Origin: an uncultured delta proteobacterium | GTDB taxonomy: Bacteria > Desulfobacterota > Binatia > Binatales > Binataceae | Direction: 5' to 3' | Assembly: GCA_963699705.1 (NCBI GenBank) | Contig: CAVOUW010000001.1 | Coordinates: 141,572-205,571 of the forward strand | Length of the DNA stretch: 64,000 nucleotides | In this document: positions 37,020-46,092 of the stretch, one piece after another | How positions within the stretch are numbered: position 1 is the first letter of the stretch | Layout of the letters: each line of letters opens with the position of its first letter | Made by a program: the position numbers and the translations under genes | The notes under the pieces: model-generated | What the model was told of the DNA's origin: nothing | What the model saw: only the letters and a program-made list of their open reading frames with translations | The model's database searches: none

Positions 37020-37690
37020 CCAACCAACGAAAACGCATCGCCACGCATCGCGCGCCACGCGGCTTCACCCTCATCGAGATGATGCTCGCGATTGGCGTGA
37101 TGGCGCTGATCCTCGCGATGCTGGCCAGCTCGTTCAGCACCATCGCGCATAGCAAGGTGCACGCCGAAGGACGGCTGATGGTCGATCGCGAAGGACGCGC
37201 CCTGCTCTGGCAACTTACCAAGGAACTGCGCAACGCGGTGCAGACTCCGTATACCGCCAGCAACGTCGCGCTGTTCGGCGCCGGACACATGGCCGGCGGC
37301 GCGGCGGTCGATACACTCACGCTGTCCACCTTCAGCGGCGGCCATCGACGCGCACTCACCGGGATGACGCCCGAGACGATAGTTACTTACAATCTGACCG
37401 CGAATCCCGACCAACAGGGTTGGTTCGTGCTGAATCGCTCGCAGCAAAGTGGATTGCTGACCAGCAACGCCACGCCGCAAACAACGGTGCTCGCGGACAA
37501 TATACTCTCGCTTCATTTTCGCTATTTCGACGGCCAGAAGTGGGGCGAGAGTTGGGAGTCGCCCAGTCAGCCGCGCGGACGGCAGTTGCCGGTCGCAGTG
37601 GCGGTCCAGATTCAGATGGCAGCGCCCGGCGGCCGCGTGATGGACTTCGCGACCCAGGTCACCCTGCCAATGGCAATACAGCAATGGTAA
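37016..37690 (+). CDS. gspJ: minor pseudopilin GspJ
   Basis: RGFTLIEMMLAIGVMALILAML. It is 224 aa and shares a 4-nt overlap with gspI. Confidence 0.8.
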   Translation: MTNQRKRIATHRAPRGFTLIEMMLAIGVMALILAMLASSFSTIAHSKVHAEGRLMVDREGRALLWQLTKELRNAVQTPYTASNVALFGAGHMAGGAAVDTLTLSTFSGGHRRALTGMTPETIVTYNLTANPDQQGWFVLNRSQQSGLLTSNATPQTTVLADNILSLHFRYFDGQKWGESWESPSQPRGRQLPVAVAVQIQMAAPGGRVMDFATQVTLPMAIQQW

Positions 37691-38631
37691 AGCAGCTGCG
37701 AAAGAACGAGCGCGGCGTCGCGCTGCTGGCGGTTCTGCTCGGAATCGCGCTGATGACGTTGATCGTCGTGGACTTCGCCCTGACCTCGGGACTCGGATTC
37801 GTGTCGGCGGCGAATCAGGCCAACGAACTGCGCGCCAGCTACCTCTCGCGCTCGGCGGTCAATATCGGTCTCGCCCTGTTGGCGGCGGACGCGCGCGCGG
37901 ACACCAAGACGCCGACTCCGATCGACGCCTTGACCGACGTGTGGGCGGTGCCGTTCCCGCCGATGCCGCTGGAGGGCGGCACTGTCTCGTTGTCGATTGT
38001 GGATGAAGGGCGCAAGATCAATCTCAACGCGATGGTCCAGAACGGTCAGCCCAATCTGCCTGCGATCCAGAAGGTGCAGCGGCTGTTCACCATACTCGAC
38101 GTGAAACCCGAGCTGGTTCAAGGTATCATCGACTGGATCACGCCGAACAATGGCACCGGGCTTGGCGGCGGAATCGGGGATTACTACGCGGGATTAAAGC
38201 CGCCATATCAGCCGCGCTACGGCGCGATGCCGACGATTGGTGATTTGTCGATGGTGCAGGGATTCAACGAGGCAATTTTCAACCGGGTCAGCCCGTTTCT
38301 GACCGTGATGCCCGAGACCGCGGTCAACGCCAACACCGCCGCGCCGCAAGTGCTGGCCGCGCTGGAGCCGGAGTTGACCGAGGATCAGAAAATTGTGCTG
38401 GCGATAATCGACGCGCGCACGATTCGCCCGTTTACCCAGCCGACCGACATCGGAAACCTCCCGGACCTCGGTGAAATCGGACAGCGCCTTCAGAAGGACG
38501 TGATGATGCGCAGCCAATATTTTACGATTACCGGAACCGGCGTCTATGCGGGCGCGCGCAAAATCATTACCGCAACTTTCCATCGCGAGACCACCGGTAT
38601 CGGCACCCTCGCAGCTTGGCACGAAGACTAG
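37684..38631 (+). CDS. gspK: minor pseudopilin GspK
   Basis: ATG at 37684 (MVKQLRKNERGVALLAVLLGIALMTLIVVDF). It is ~315 aa with GspK-like helix-hairpin-helix-like regions. The track ORF begins upstream, inside gspJ. Confidence 0.8.
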   Translation: MVKQLRKNERGVALLAVLLGIALMTLIVVDFALTSGLGFVSAANQANELRASYLSRSAVNIGLALLAADARADTKTPTPIDALTDVWAVPFPPMPLEGGTVSLSIVDEGRKINLNAMVQNGQPNLPAIQKVQRLFTILDVKPELVQGIIDWITPNNGTGLGGGIGDYYAGLKPPYQPRYGAMPTIGDLSMVQGFNEAIFNRVSPFLTVMPETAVNANTAAPQVLAALEPELTEDQKIVLAIIDARTIRPFTQPTDIGNLPDLGEIGQRLQKDVMMRSQYFTITGTGVYAGARKIITATFHRETTGIGTLAAWHED

Positions 38632-38662
38632 GATCGAGGACTAGGGTCAATCAGGTCGCCGA

Positions 38663-40157
38663 ATGGCTCAACGAATACTTGCACTCGAGCTGGGAGCCGA
38701 TCGCGTACGCGCGGCGATGGCCGAGCGCTCGTGGAATTCCTTCACCCTCGCCGGCACCTTCGACAAGGTTCGCGCCGATGACGAGGCCGACCTGAGCGGC
38801 GCGCTCGCGCGCCTCGTGGTCGAAGCCGGGCAGCCCGATATCGTCATCTCGGCCCTGCCCGCCGACCGCGCCGTCAAACGCTTGCTCGAACTGCCGTTCA
38901 AAGACGCGCGCCGCCTGCATCAGGTGGTCCCGTTCGCTCTGGAAGAGCATCTGCCGTTCCCGGTGGATAACGGCACTGTCGCATTCACGCGCGTCGGCCG
39001 CGAGGCCGATCACACGCTGGTGATGGCCGCGATGGTGCGCAAGACCGATCTTCAGCAGCATCTTGATCTGCTGCAAAAGGCGGGACTCGATCCGAAGACC
39101 GTCACGCTCGCGCCACTGGCGCTGGCCGCGATGTTCACGCGCAACAAGAATGGCAACGGCGCCAAGCCGATGGCGCACCTCGTCGTCGAGGGCGACGAGT
39201 CGTCCACGTCGGTCGTGCTGGTCGATCTCGGAGGCACCCCGCGCGTGCTGCGTTCGATGCAAGGCGGCTTGATGATGTCCGACGGATCGGTGGTCTCCAA
39301 TGAAGCCGCCGCGCCGATTCTCAATTCGGTGCGTCAAACCCTGCTCGCCAACGGCGAAGATGCGGACCAGACCGAGGTGATCGTCGCGGGCGCGGCGGCG
39401 GCGTATCCGAAAGTGCGCGGACATGCTGTCGGACTCGCTCGCGATGTCGGTGCGCGACGGCGGCGCGTTCGACTACACCGGCATCTTCGAGGGCAGCGTT
39501 CCCAACACCGGCAAGTATTCATCGTGCCTCGCGATGCTGCTCGGCGAGATGCCGACCAAGCCGATCGATCTGATCAATTTCCGCCAGGGCGAGTTCATGT
39601 TTCGCGGACGCGTCCGCGGCGATCTCAGCCCGTTCTACACCTCGGGCATTCTCGCGGCGGCCGTGCTGGGCGTGGTCATACTTCATTTCGCGCTCGGCGT
39701 GTCCGCCAATCTTCATCGCCTCCACAAAGTCGATGCGGAAATTGCCGCAGTCGCCGGACCGGTCCTCGGCGAAACCGATCCCGCCAACGCCAAGGCGCAG
39801 TTGCAGACCGGAATCGCCAGGATGAACAAGCGGCTCAACCTCATCGGCGGCAACATGACTCATTCGCCGCTCGATACCCTGGTCGCGGTGTCGCGCGCAT
39901 TGCCGCCGCGCTTTCCAGTCCAGATGGCCGACGTAACGATCGACTCGCAAGGACTTCGCGTAACCGGACAGGCGGATTCGTTCTCGACCGTCGATCAAGC
40001 CAAGCGTGCGCTCGACCAAAGCGGCTTCTTCGGCGCGATCGAAGTCGCGCACGCGAAGGCCGGCTCCGGCTCCGATGCGAGCAAAGTTGATTTTCGGATG
40101 GACGCAAATTTCAAGGACGCGGTGCCGTCAGCTGATCGCGGCGACCTCGAAGAATAA
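38663..40157 (+). pseudogene. gspL: GspL, split by a +1 frameshift in the GCGGCGGCGGCG run near 39395-39420 (or an assembly indel)
   Basis: Frame A (38663..~39420) is the cytoplasmic actin-like GspL domain (MAQRILALELGADRVRAA...) and then ~220 codons of Arg-rich nonsense. Frame B (39423..40157) carries the TM helix (ILAAAVLGVVILHFALGV) and the periplasmic GspL C-domain. The two halves together make a normal-length GspL. Confidence 0.78.
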
Positions 40158-40801
40158 TGCTGAGAGAATGGATCGACAATTTGAGCGCGCGACTGAGGGA
40201 TTTGATCCGCCCGTGGCTCAAGCAGGCTTCGACGCGCGTCGATCCACTGATCGCACAGGCGCGCGGCCGCTACCAGAAGCTCGAACCGCGCGAACGCATC
40301 CTGGTGCAGATTGCCGGCGTACTGGTCGCGATTTTTCTCCTCTACAATCTTGTCTACACGCCGATCGTTGACCTGAGTTCCGGGCTCGAAGATAAAATCG
40401 CGCAGCGTCAACAGGATCTCGCCGACGTTCGCCGCCTCGCCGGCACCTACGCGCAGCTCAAAGCCAATCTCGCCAATGCCGAGAAGCACACGGTGCCATT
40501 GGGCAAGGATTTCTCGCTGTTCTCCGTCGTCGAAGCCTCGATGACCAAGAGTGTCGGCCGCGACAAGATTGGCTCGATCACGCCCGGCTCCGATCGTAAA
40601 CTCACCGACGGCTTCACCGAATACAGCGTGCAGTTGAAGCTCGCCAACGTGAATCTCGCGCAGTTGGTCGACGCGCTCTACGGCATCAACACCTTGCCGA
40701 TGCCGATTGGGGTCTCGAATATTCGCATCCAGCGCCGCACTCCGGACACGCATTCCTACGACGTTGACCTGACTTGTGTCGCGCTCACCAAGAACACTTG
40801 A
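40157..40801 (+). CDS. gspM: type II secretion system protein GspM
   Basis: 214 aa. It has an N-terminal TM (ILVQIAGVLVAIFLLYNLVY) followed by a periplasmic domain. It sits in the gspL-gspM-gspN position. Confidence 0.7.
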   Translation: MLREWIDNLSARLRDLIRPWLKQASTRVDPLIAQARGRYQKLEPRERILVQIAGVLVAIFLLYNLVYTPIVDLSSGLEDKIAQRQQDLADVRRLAGTYAQLKANLANAEKHTVPLGKDFSLFSVVEASMTKSVGRDKIGSITPGSDRKLTDGFTEYSVQLKLANVNLAQLVDALYGINTLPMPIGVSNIRIQRRTPDTHSYDVDLTCVALTKNT

Positions 40802-41660
40802 CGTGCGCGCGACTCCGCCGGCGCCGCAATACAATCGACCCCGCTTCCTTCGAACCGCCTACACAATCGTCGGTCTCACCCTGTTCGCCGCGTACCTGGT
40901 TTCCACCTTCCCCTACTCCCAAACTCTGACCAAGGTCCTCGCACCGATGGGCCTCGAGGTCTCCAGTGCCAGCCAGCGAGCTCACTTCCCCTTCGGCGCG
41001 CAGTTGTCGGACGTCCGCTTGATCTCGACCCGTAACGCGGCGATCAACCTGCTGGTCGAAAGCCCGGCGGTCACGATCGCGCCGTCGTATCTCTCGATGC
41101 TCACGATGCATCCTGGCGTTCGCGTGAAAGCCGCGCTCTACGACGGCGTGGTGAACGTCACGATCCGCCCCACCAAACTCGGCACCGCCATCAGCTACGA
41201 CCTCGACTCGGTGGAACTCGCGCGTCAACAGTTATTGACCATAGTGGGCGCCAGCGCCGCCGGCGCGCTCTCCGGAACCGGCAACTTGCTGCTGTCCCCC
41301 GATAACCTCGCGGAAAGCGGCGACGGCCTCCTGAGCGCCGCCGGCCTGACGTTCACCTCGGCGCTGACAAGCGCACCAATCCGCCTCGGCGACGGCCATT
41401 CAAAATTCAAACTGGATCAAGGCACATTGACAATCGAGCAACTAACAACCACCGGTGGCGACTTAACCCTAACAGCCGAAGGCACAATCCAGCTCGCCCC
41501 CGACCCTGCGCAAAGCGACCTGGCAATCCAATTCACGCTCTCAATCGCCCCCGCCGCCGCCTCTCATCTCGCACTACTACTCGCAATCCTGCCCCACCCC
41601 CCCGGCCCCCAGCCCTACCACCTGACCGGCACCCTGGCGCCCCCCGAATCAGCTAACAGC
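40776..41660 (+). CDS. gspN: type II secretion system protein GspN (the 3' end of the ORF reads into the repeat cluster)
   Basis: It has an N-terminal TM (AYTIVGLTLFAAYLV) and a periplasmic GspN-like domain. The track ORF continues to 41885, but its last ~75 codons are repeat read-through (PIPVPVGKGARGIG...PLFPLPCGKG...). The true stop is uncertain. Confidence 0.6.
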
Positions 41661-41900
41661 GAGAAACTCCAAATCACCCTTTTTCCAATTCCGGTCCCCG
41701 TCGGAAAGGGGGCGAGAGGGATAGGACAGCGCGTAGCGATGACTGTTCCCGCTGTTGCCCTTTCCTTGCGCGTTGGGATGACTTTTCCCTTGTTCCCCCT
41801 TCCTTGTGGAAAGGGGGTGAGGGGGATAGGACGACGCGATTCTGACCAAACTCCGGTTCCCCTTCCCACTATGGGAAGGGGTTAGGGGTTAGTTCCTCGA
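41640..41900. repeat. repeat cluster: a degenerate B, then B, then A modules
   Basis: 41690-41730 is CCGGTCCCCGTC-GGAAAGGGGGCGAGAGGGATAGGAC. 41795-41840 is GTTCCCCCTTCCTTGT-GGAAAGGGGGTGAGGGGGATAGGAC. 41850-41898 is CCGGTTCCCCTTCCC-actat-GGGAAGGGGTTAGGGGTTAG. Confidence 0.85.
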
Positions 41901-42141
41901 CTCTTTCGCGACGCCCACACCGTCACTTTTTACTGAACTTTTAAGCCTGATCAACCGACTCTATGTGCTGTAGTGTTGCCAATGAACCTGGCTCAACGCC
42001 CTCCATTCGCCCCACTCGCCCGAAATCGGTGAACATCCCGGTTACGGCAAAAAGCAATTTCTGACGTAACGAAGCTACCCTTGGTAGAGGACCAGTCCCC
42101 ACAACCACTACATATGGTTGAGCTGCGCCGTCGAGGGCATC

Positions 42142-42900
42142 TCAGGCCGGCGCGGATTTGAAAAATTCCAGCACAGCTTTCACGTATTGCGGGTCGCTCG
42201 GCGCGCTCAGATGATCCCGCCCTTCGAGCATCACCAGTTTGCTGCCCGGTATCGCGTTGTGCAGCAGCTTCGGATCGCCGACCAGCAAATCCTTCGTCCC
42301 AATCACGATCATCACCGGAACGCGAATCTTCTTCGCCGCAATTTGCTCGGCCGAGAAATCCTCGCGATTCGACGCCATGATCGCCGCCAATGCCTTCATA
42401 TCGTTGCCTGTGGCCTCGGCAAACTGGCGAAATTCACGCGCGCGCTGCTGCTTCACTTCCGAAATATCCTTCGCGAGGAGCGCATCGACGATTGGTTTGC
42501 GATCGAACGACGGCGCGCTCGCCGATGCTGCGCCGATTCCGCCCAGTACCGCCGCCCGCAGACGGTCCGGATGGAGCATCAGGAGGCCGGTCACGATTCG
42601 ACCGCCCATCGAGTAGCCCATGATCAACGTGCGCTTGATTCCGAGATGATCCATCAGACGAATCACGTCGTCGCCCATCGTCTCGCCGGCGTACGCATCG
42701 GAATCGTGCGGCTTGCCGCTCTTGCCGTGACCGCGGCAATCGAGCGCGACGACGCGGTAGTGCTGCGCGAGCGGTTCGAACCATCCAGCGCCCCAGTTAT
42801 GCTCCGCGCGCGACGCAAAGCCGTGCACCAGCATCACCGGCTCGCCCTTGCCGTGTTCCTCGAAATAAATCTGCACGCCATTGGAATCGAAGTACGCCAT
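42142..42900 (-). CDS. alpha/beta hydrolase
   Basis: 252 aa. PVMLVHGFASRA..., nucleophile GYSMGG. Confidence 0.85.
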   Translation of the reverse strand: MAYFDSNGVQIYFEEHGKGEPVMLVHGFASRAEHNWGAGWFEPLAQHYRVVALDCRGHGKSGKPHDSDAYAGETMGDDVIRLMDHLGIKRTLIMGYSMGGRIVTGLLMLHPDRLRAAVLGGIGAASASAPSFDRKPIVDALLAKDISEVKQQRAREFRQFAEATGNDMKALAAIMASNREDFSAEQIAAKKIRVPVMIVIGTKDLLVGDPKLLHNAIPGSKLVMLEGRDHLSAPSDPQYVKAVLEFFKSAPA

Positions 42901-42963
42901 CGTTCAACACTCCTGCCTGGATTATGCTTGCAGCCATAATCGAATAGCCGCACAATCTGCGCA

Positions 42964-43974
42964 ATGCCATCAAACCAAAAGCTCGGACTTCAGACTAACG
43001 TCGGCGTTGGCGCCGACGCGCTGGCCAGTCGCCTCGCACTCATCCGTGAGGCCGAAGATCTCGGCTACACCTCATTGTGGATCGCGGAAGTCAGCGGTCC
43101 TGACGCGTTCGTCAGCCTCGCCGCGCTCGCGGTCAACACGCGCAAGGCCGAGCTGTCCACTGGCGTCATCCCGATTCAGATTCGCACGCCGGGCGCGATG
43201 GCGATGGGATTCCTCACCATCAACGAACTGTCCGGCGGCCGCGCGATCGCGGGACTCGGAGTGTCGAGTCCGATAATCGTCGAGCGATGGCACGGCGCGT
43301 CGTATCGCAAGCCGGTCACCGCGATGCGCGAATGCGTCACGATCATGCGGCAGTTGTTCACCGAGGGCCGCTCGAAATTCCAGGGCGAAGTGTACAAGTC
43401 CGACTTCAAGCTGAGCATGCGTATCACCGCGCCGCATCCGCCGAAAATTTATCTCGCGGGCCTCAACGCTCCGATGCTCCGACTCGCCGGCGAAGTCGCC
43501 GACGGCGTCCTGATGAACTACTCGCCGCCCGAGGCAATCGCGCCGATGGTGAATCACATTGCCGAAGGCGCCAAAGCCGCAGGCCGCGATCCGTCGGCCG
43601 TCGATGTCGGCATCTACATCCGCATGTGCATCACCGACGACGAAGACAAAGCAGTCGATTCGTTTCGTCGCGAGCTGGCCGGCTACGCATTCGTGGACAG
43701 CTACAATAAGATGTTCGCGCGCTACGGACTCGCGGCGGAGTTCGACGAGGTGCGCCGGCTCTGGAAAGAAGGCAAGCGCGACGAGGCTCCCAGAGCCATC
43801 TCGGAGGCGTCATGCCGCAAAATTGCAGTCTTCGGCAACGCCAAAGCCGGCCGCGACTTCGCCGCGAAATTCCGCGCCGCCGGCGTCACGCATCCTGTAG
43901 TGTTTCCGATCGGTCCGCCCGCCACATCGTCGCGCGATTATCCCAACACGATGCGCGCGCTGGCGGGAGTTTAG
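42964..43974 (+). CDS. LLM-class (luciferase-like) flavin/F420-dependent oxidoreductase
   Basis: 336 aa. LGYTSLWIAEVSG... is the TIM-barrel LLM signature. Confidence 0.8.
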   Translation: MPSNQKLGLQTNVGVGADALASRLALIREAEDLGYTSLWIAEVSGPDAFVSLAALAVNTRKAELSTGVIPIQIRTPGAMAMGFLTINELSGGRAIAGLGVSSPIIVERWHGASYRKPVTAMRECVTIMRQLFTEGRSKFQGEVYKSDFKLSMRITAPHPPKIYLAGLNAPMLRLAGEVADGVLMNYSPPEAIAPMVNHIAEGAKAAGRDPSAVDVGIYIRMCITDDEDKAVDSFRRELAGYAFVDSYNKMFARYGLAAEFDEVRRLWKEGKRDEAPRAISEASCRKIAVFGNAKAGRDFAAKFRAAGVTHPVVFPIGPPATSSRDYPNTMRALAGV

Positions 43975-44047
43975 GCGACGGCTGAGGAGCGGCGAAGAAT
44001 CTTCAATCGCGCGCGAAAAATAATCGCGCGCTGTATTCGGACCCTCG

Positions 44048-44078
44048 CCTTTGATCCTCTCCCTTCGAGGGGAGAGGT
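44048..44078. repeat. module-D palindrome CCTCTCCC-ttcga-GGGGAGAGG
   Basis: The same unit occurs at 24534-24556 (CCTCTCCCCTCGTGGGGAGAG) and 53913-53938 (CCTCTCCCGAAGGGAGAGG). Confidence 0.75.
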
Positions 44079-44095
44079 AGTACAGGAGAAAAATA

Positions 44096-44824
44096 ATGGC
44101 TGAGACTTTTGTTTTGGTGCATGGCGCTTGGCATGGCGCGTGGTGCTGGGCGGCTGTGATTAATCAACTCGAAAAATTGGGAGACCGGGCGTACGCAGTG
44201 GATTTGCCGGGGCATGGGATGAATCGGGCGGACCGCGCGAAGGTTACGCTGCAGAGCTACGTCGATAGCGTCGCGGAGTTTATCGAGCGGCACGACCTGA
44301 AGAACGTCGTGCTCGCGGGGCATAGCTTAGGTGGGCTTACGATTCCCGGGGTCGCGGCGAAAATTCCGTCGCGGATAAAGCGCGTGGTGTGGGTCACGGC
44401 GCTGGTGGCGCTCGACGGGCAGCCGATCGTTGATCCGGCGACGTCGCCGTTGGCGGCGGCCGCAGACACGGTGCCGGAGCGATCGATTCCGATCGAGATG
44501 ATGGGGAAGGAGTTTCTCGACGGGCTCAGCAACGACATGGCGCCGGCGGTAAAAGAATACGTGCTGTCGGCGCTGGGTCCGCAACCGATCGCGCCGATGA
44601 TTACGCCGGTCGCGATGGCGCCCTACTTCGCTACTGGAATTCCCAGCAGCTATATCGTTTGCGATGACGACAAGACGCCGGTCGCTGGCGCACCGAACTG
44701 GCATCCGTATTTCTCGAGCAGGCTGAAGAATCCGACGCTCAAGTTCGTGAAGAGTGGGCATGAGGTGATGTTCACGCATCCGGTGGAATGCGCGCGGGCG
44801 CTGCACGAATTGGCGGTGGAGTGA
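44096..44824 (+). CDS. alpha/beta hydrolase (esterase, methylesterase/SABP2-like)
   Basis: 242 aa. FVLVHGAWHGAWCW, nucleophile GHSLGG. Confidence 0.85.
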   Translation: MAETFVLVHGAWHGAWCWAAVINQLEKLGDRAYAVDLPGHGMNRADRAKVTLQSYVDSVAEFIERHDLKNVVLAGHSLGGLTIPGVAAKIPSRIKRVVWVTALVALDGQPIVDPATSPLAAAADTVPERSIPIEMMGKEFLDGLSNDMAPAVKEYVLSALGPQPIAPMITPVAMAPYFATGIPSSYIVCDDDKTPVAGAPNWHPYFSSRLKNPTLKFVKSGHEVMFTHPVECARALHELAVE

Positions 44825-44825
44825 C

Positions 44826-44920
44826 GCGAGGAACCTAACCCCTAACCCCTTCCCGAGCGGGAAGGGGGACCGGAAATTTTGGAGTAACCTCTTCCCATAG
44901 TGGGAAGGGGACCAGAAAAA
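44826..44920. repeat. module-A repeat (reverse) plus a second related hairpin
   Basis: GAACCTAACCCCTAACCCCTTCCC-gagc-GGGAAGGGGGACCGG is followed by CTCTTCCCA-tagt-GGGAAGGGGACC. This is the same arrangement as at 31470-31562. Confidence 0.85.
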
Positions 44921-44921
44921 A

Positions 44922-46067
44922 TTAGAGCGGGTAACGCGTCAGGAGGCCGCGGGCTATTACCAGGGCTTGGATTTCGTTGGTGCCTTCGCCGATCATCATC
45001 AGCGGGGCGTCGCGGTAAAATCTTTCGACTGGGAAGTCGGCCATGAAGCCGTAGCCGCCCAGCACGCGCATCGCGTCGAGCGAGATTTTCGCGCAGGCTT
45101 CCGAGGCGAAGAGCTTTGCCATCCCGGCTTCGACATCGCATCGTTCGTGGGCGTCTTTTTTTCGGGCGGCATTTGCGACCAGCAGGCGCGCGGCCTCGAC
45201 GCGTGTCGCCATGTCGGCGAGCAGCAGTTGGACTGCTTGATGCTGGCAGATTGGTTTGCCGAATGCGGTGCGTTGTTGCGAGTAGCGGATGGCGGTCTCG
45301 AACGCGGCCTGCCCTACTCCGACTGCGCGCGCGGCGACGTTGATGCGTCCGACTTCGAGCGCGCTCATCACTTGTTTGAAGCCTGCACCTTCGACGCCGC
45401 CGATCAGGTGAGTCGCGGGAACGGTGACGTCGTCGAACAGGACTTCGCAGGTGTCGATTCCTTTGTAGCCCAGCTTGTCGAGGTTGCGGCTGACTGTGGG
45501 ACCGCGATCGCTTTTTTCGACGGCGAACATGCTGATGCCGGCATACGCGGGATCGGCGTGGGGATTGGTCTTGGCAGCGACGGCGAGCATCGTGCCGTGG
45601 CGCGCGTTGGTGATGAACATCTTCGAGCCGGCGAGGAGGTAGTCGTCGCCACGGCGAACTGCGGTCGTGCGAATCGATTGCACATCGCTGCCGGCGTGCG
45701 GCTCGGTGAGCGCGAGGCCGCCGCGCTTTTCGCCGCGCGCCATCGCAGGCAGGAAATATGTTTTCTGGGCGTCGGTGCCGTGATTGGCAATGACGTAGGC
45801 CATGATGAGATGGCTGTTGATCACGCCGGCGAGGGACATCCAGCCGCGAGAGAGCTCTTCCATCACGCGCGCGTAGGTCAGAAAGCTGAGGCCGAGGCCG
45901 CCGAAGTCGGTGGGGATGGTGGCGCCGAAGAGGCCGAGATCGCGCATCGTCGCGACCATCGCGTGCGGATACTCGTCGCGATGTTCGAGAGCGGAGGCGT
46001 TGGGGATGACGTCGCGATCGACGAAGCGGCGTACGGCGGCGACTATTTCGTGATCTACTTCATTCAT
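44922..46067 (-). CDS. acyl-CoA dehydrogenase
   Basis: 381 aa. The ACAD N/M/C domains and the catalytic-base region ...GGYGFMADFPVERFYRDA are present. Confidence 0.9.
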   Translation of the reverse strand: MNEVDHEIVAAVRRFVDRDVIPNASALEHRDEYPHAMVATMRDLGLFGATIPTDFGGLGLSFLTYARVMEELSRGWMSLAGVINSHLIMAYVIANHGTDAQKTYFLPAMARGEKRGGLALTEPHAGSDVQSIRTTAVRRGDDYLLAGSKMFITNARHGTMLAVAAKTNPHADPAYAGISMFAVEKSDRGPTVSRNLDKLGYKGIDTCEVLFDDVTVPATHLIGGVEGAGFKQVMSALEVGRINVAARAVGVGQAAFETAIRYSQQRTAFGKPICQHQAVQLLLADMATRVEAARLLVANAARKKDAHERCDVEAGMAKLFASEACAKISLDAMRVLGGYGFMADFPVERFYRDAPLMMIGEGTNEIQALVIARGLLTRYPL

Positions 46068-46092
46068 TGTTTTGGACTCATGGGGCCGAGAC

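Noticed and set aside
38663-40090. Single 475-aa GspL ORF as given in the track
   Set aside because: Only the first ~250 aa look like GspL. The remainder is Arg-rich out-of-frame translation. The real C-terminal domain is in the +1 frame (39423..40157), so it is annotated as frameshifted instead.
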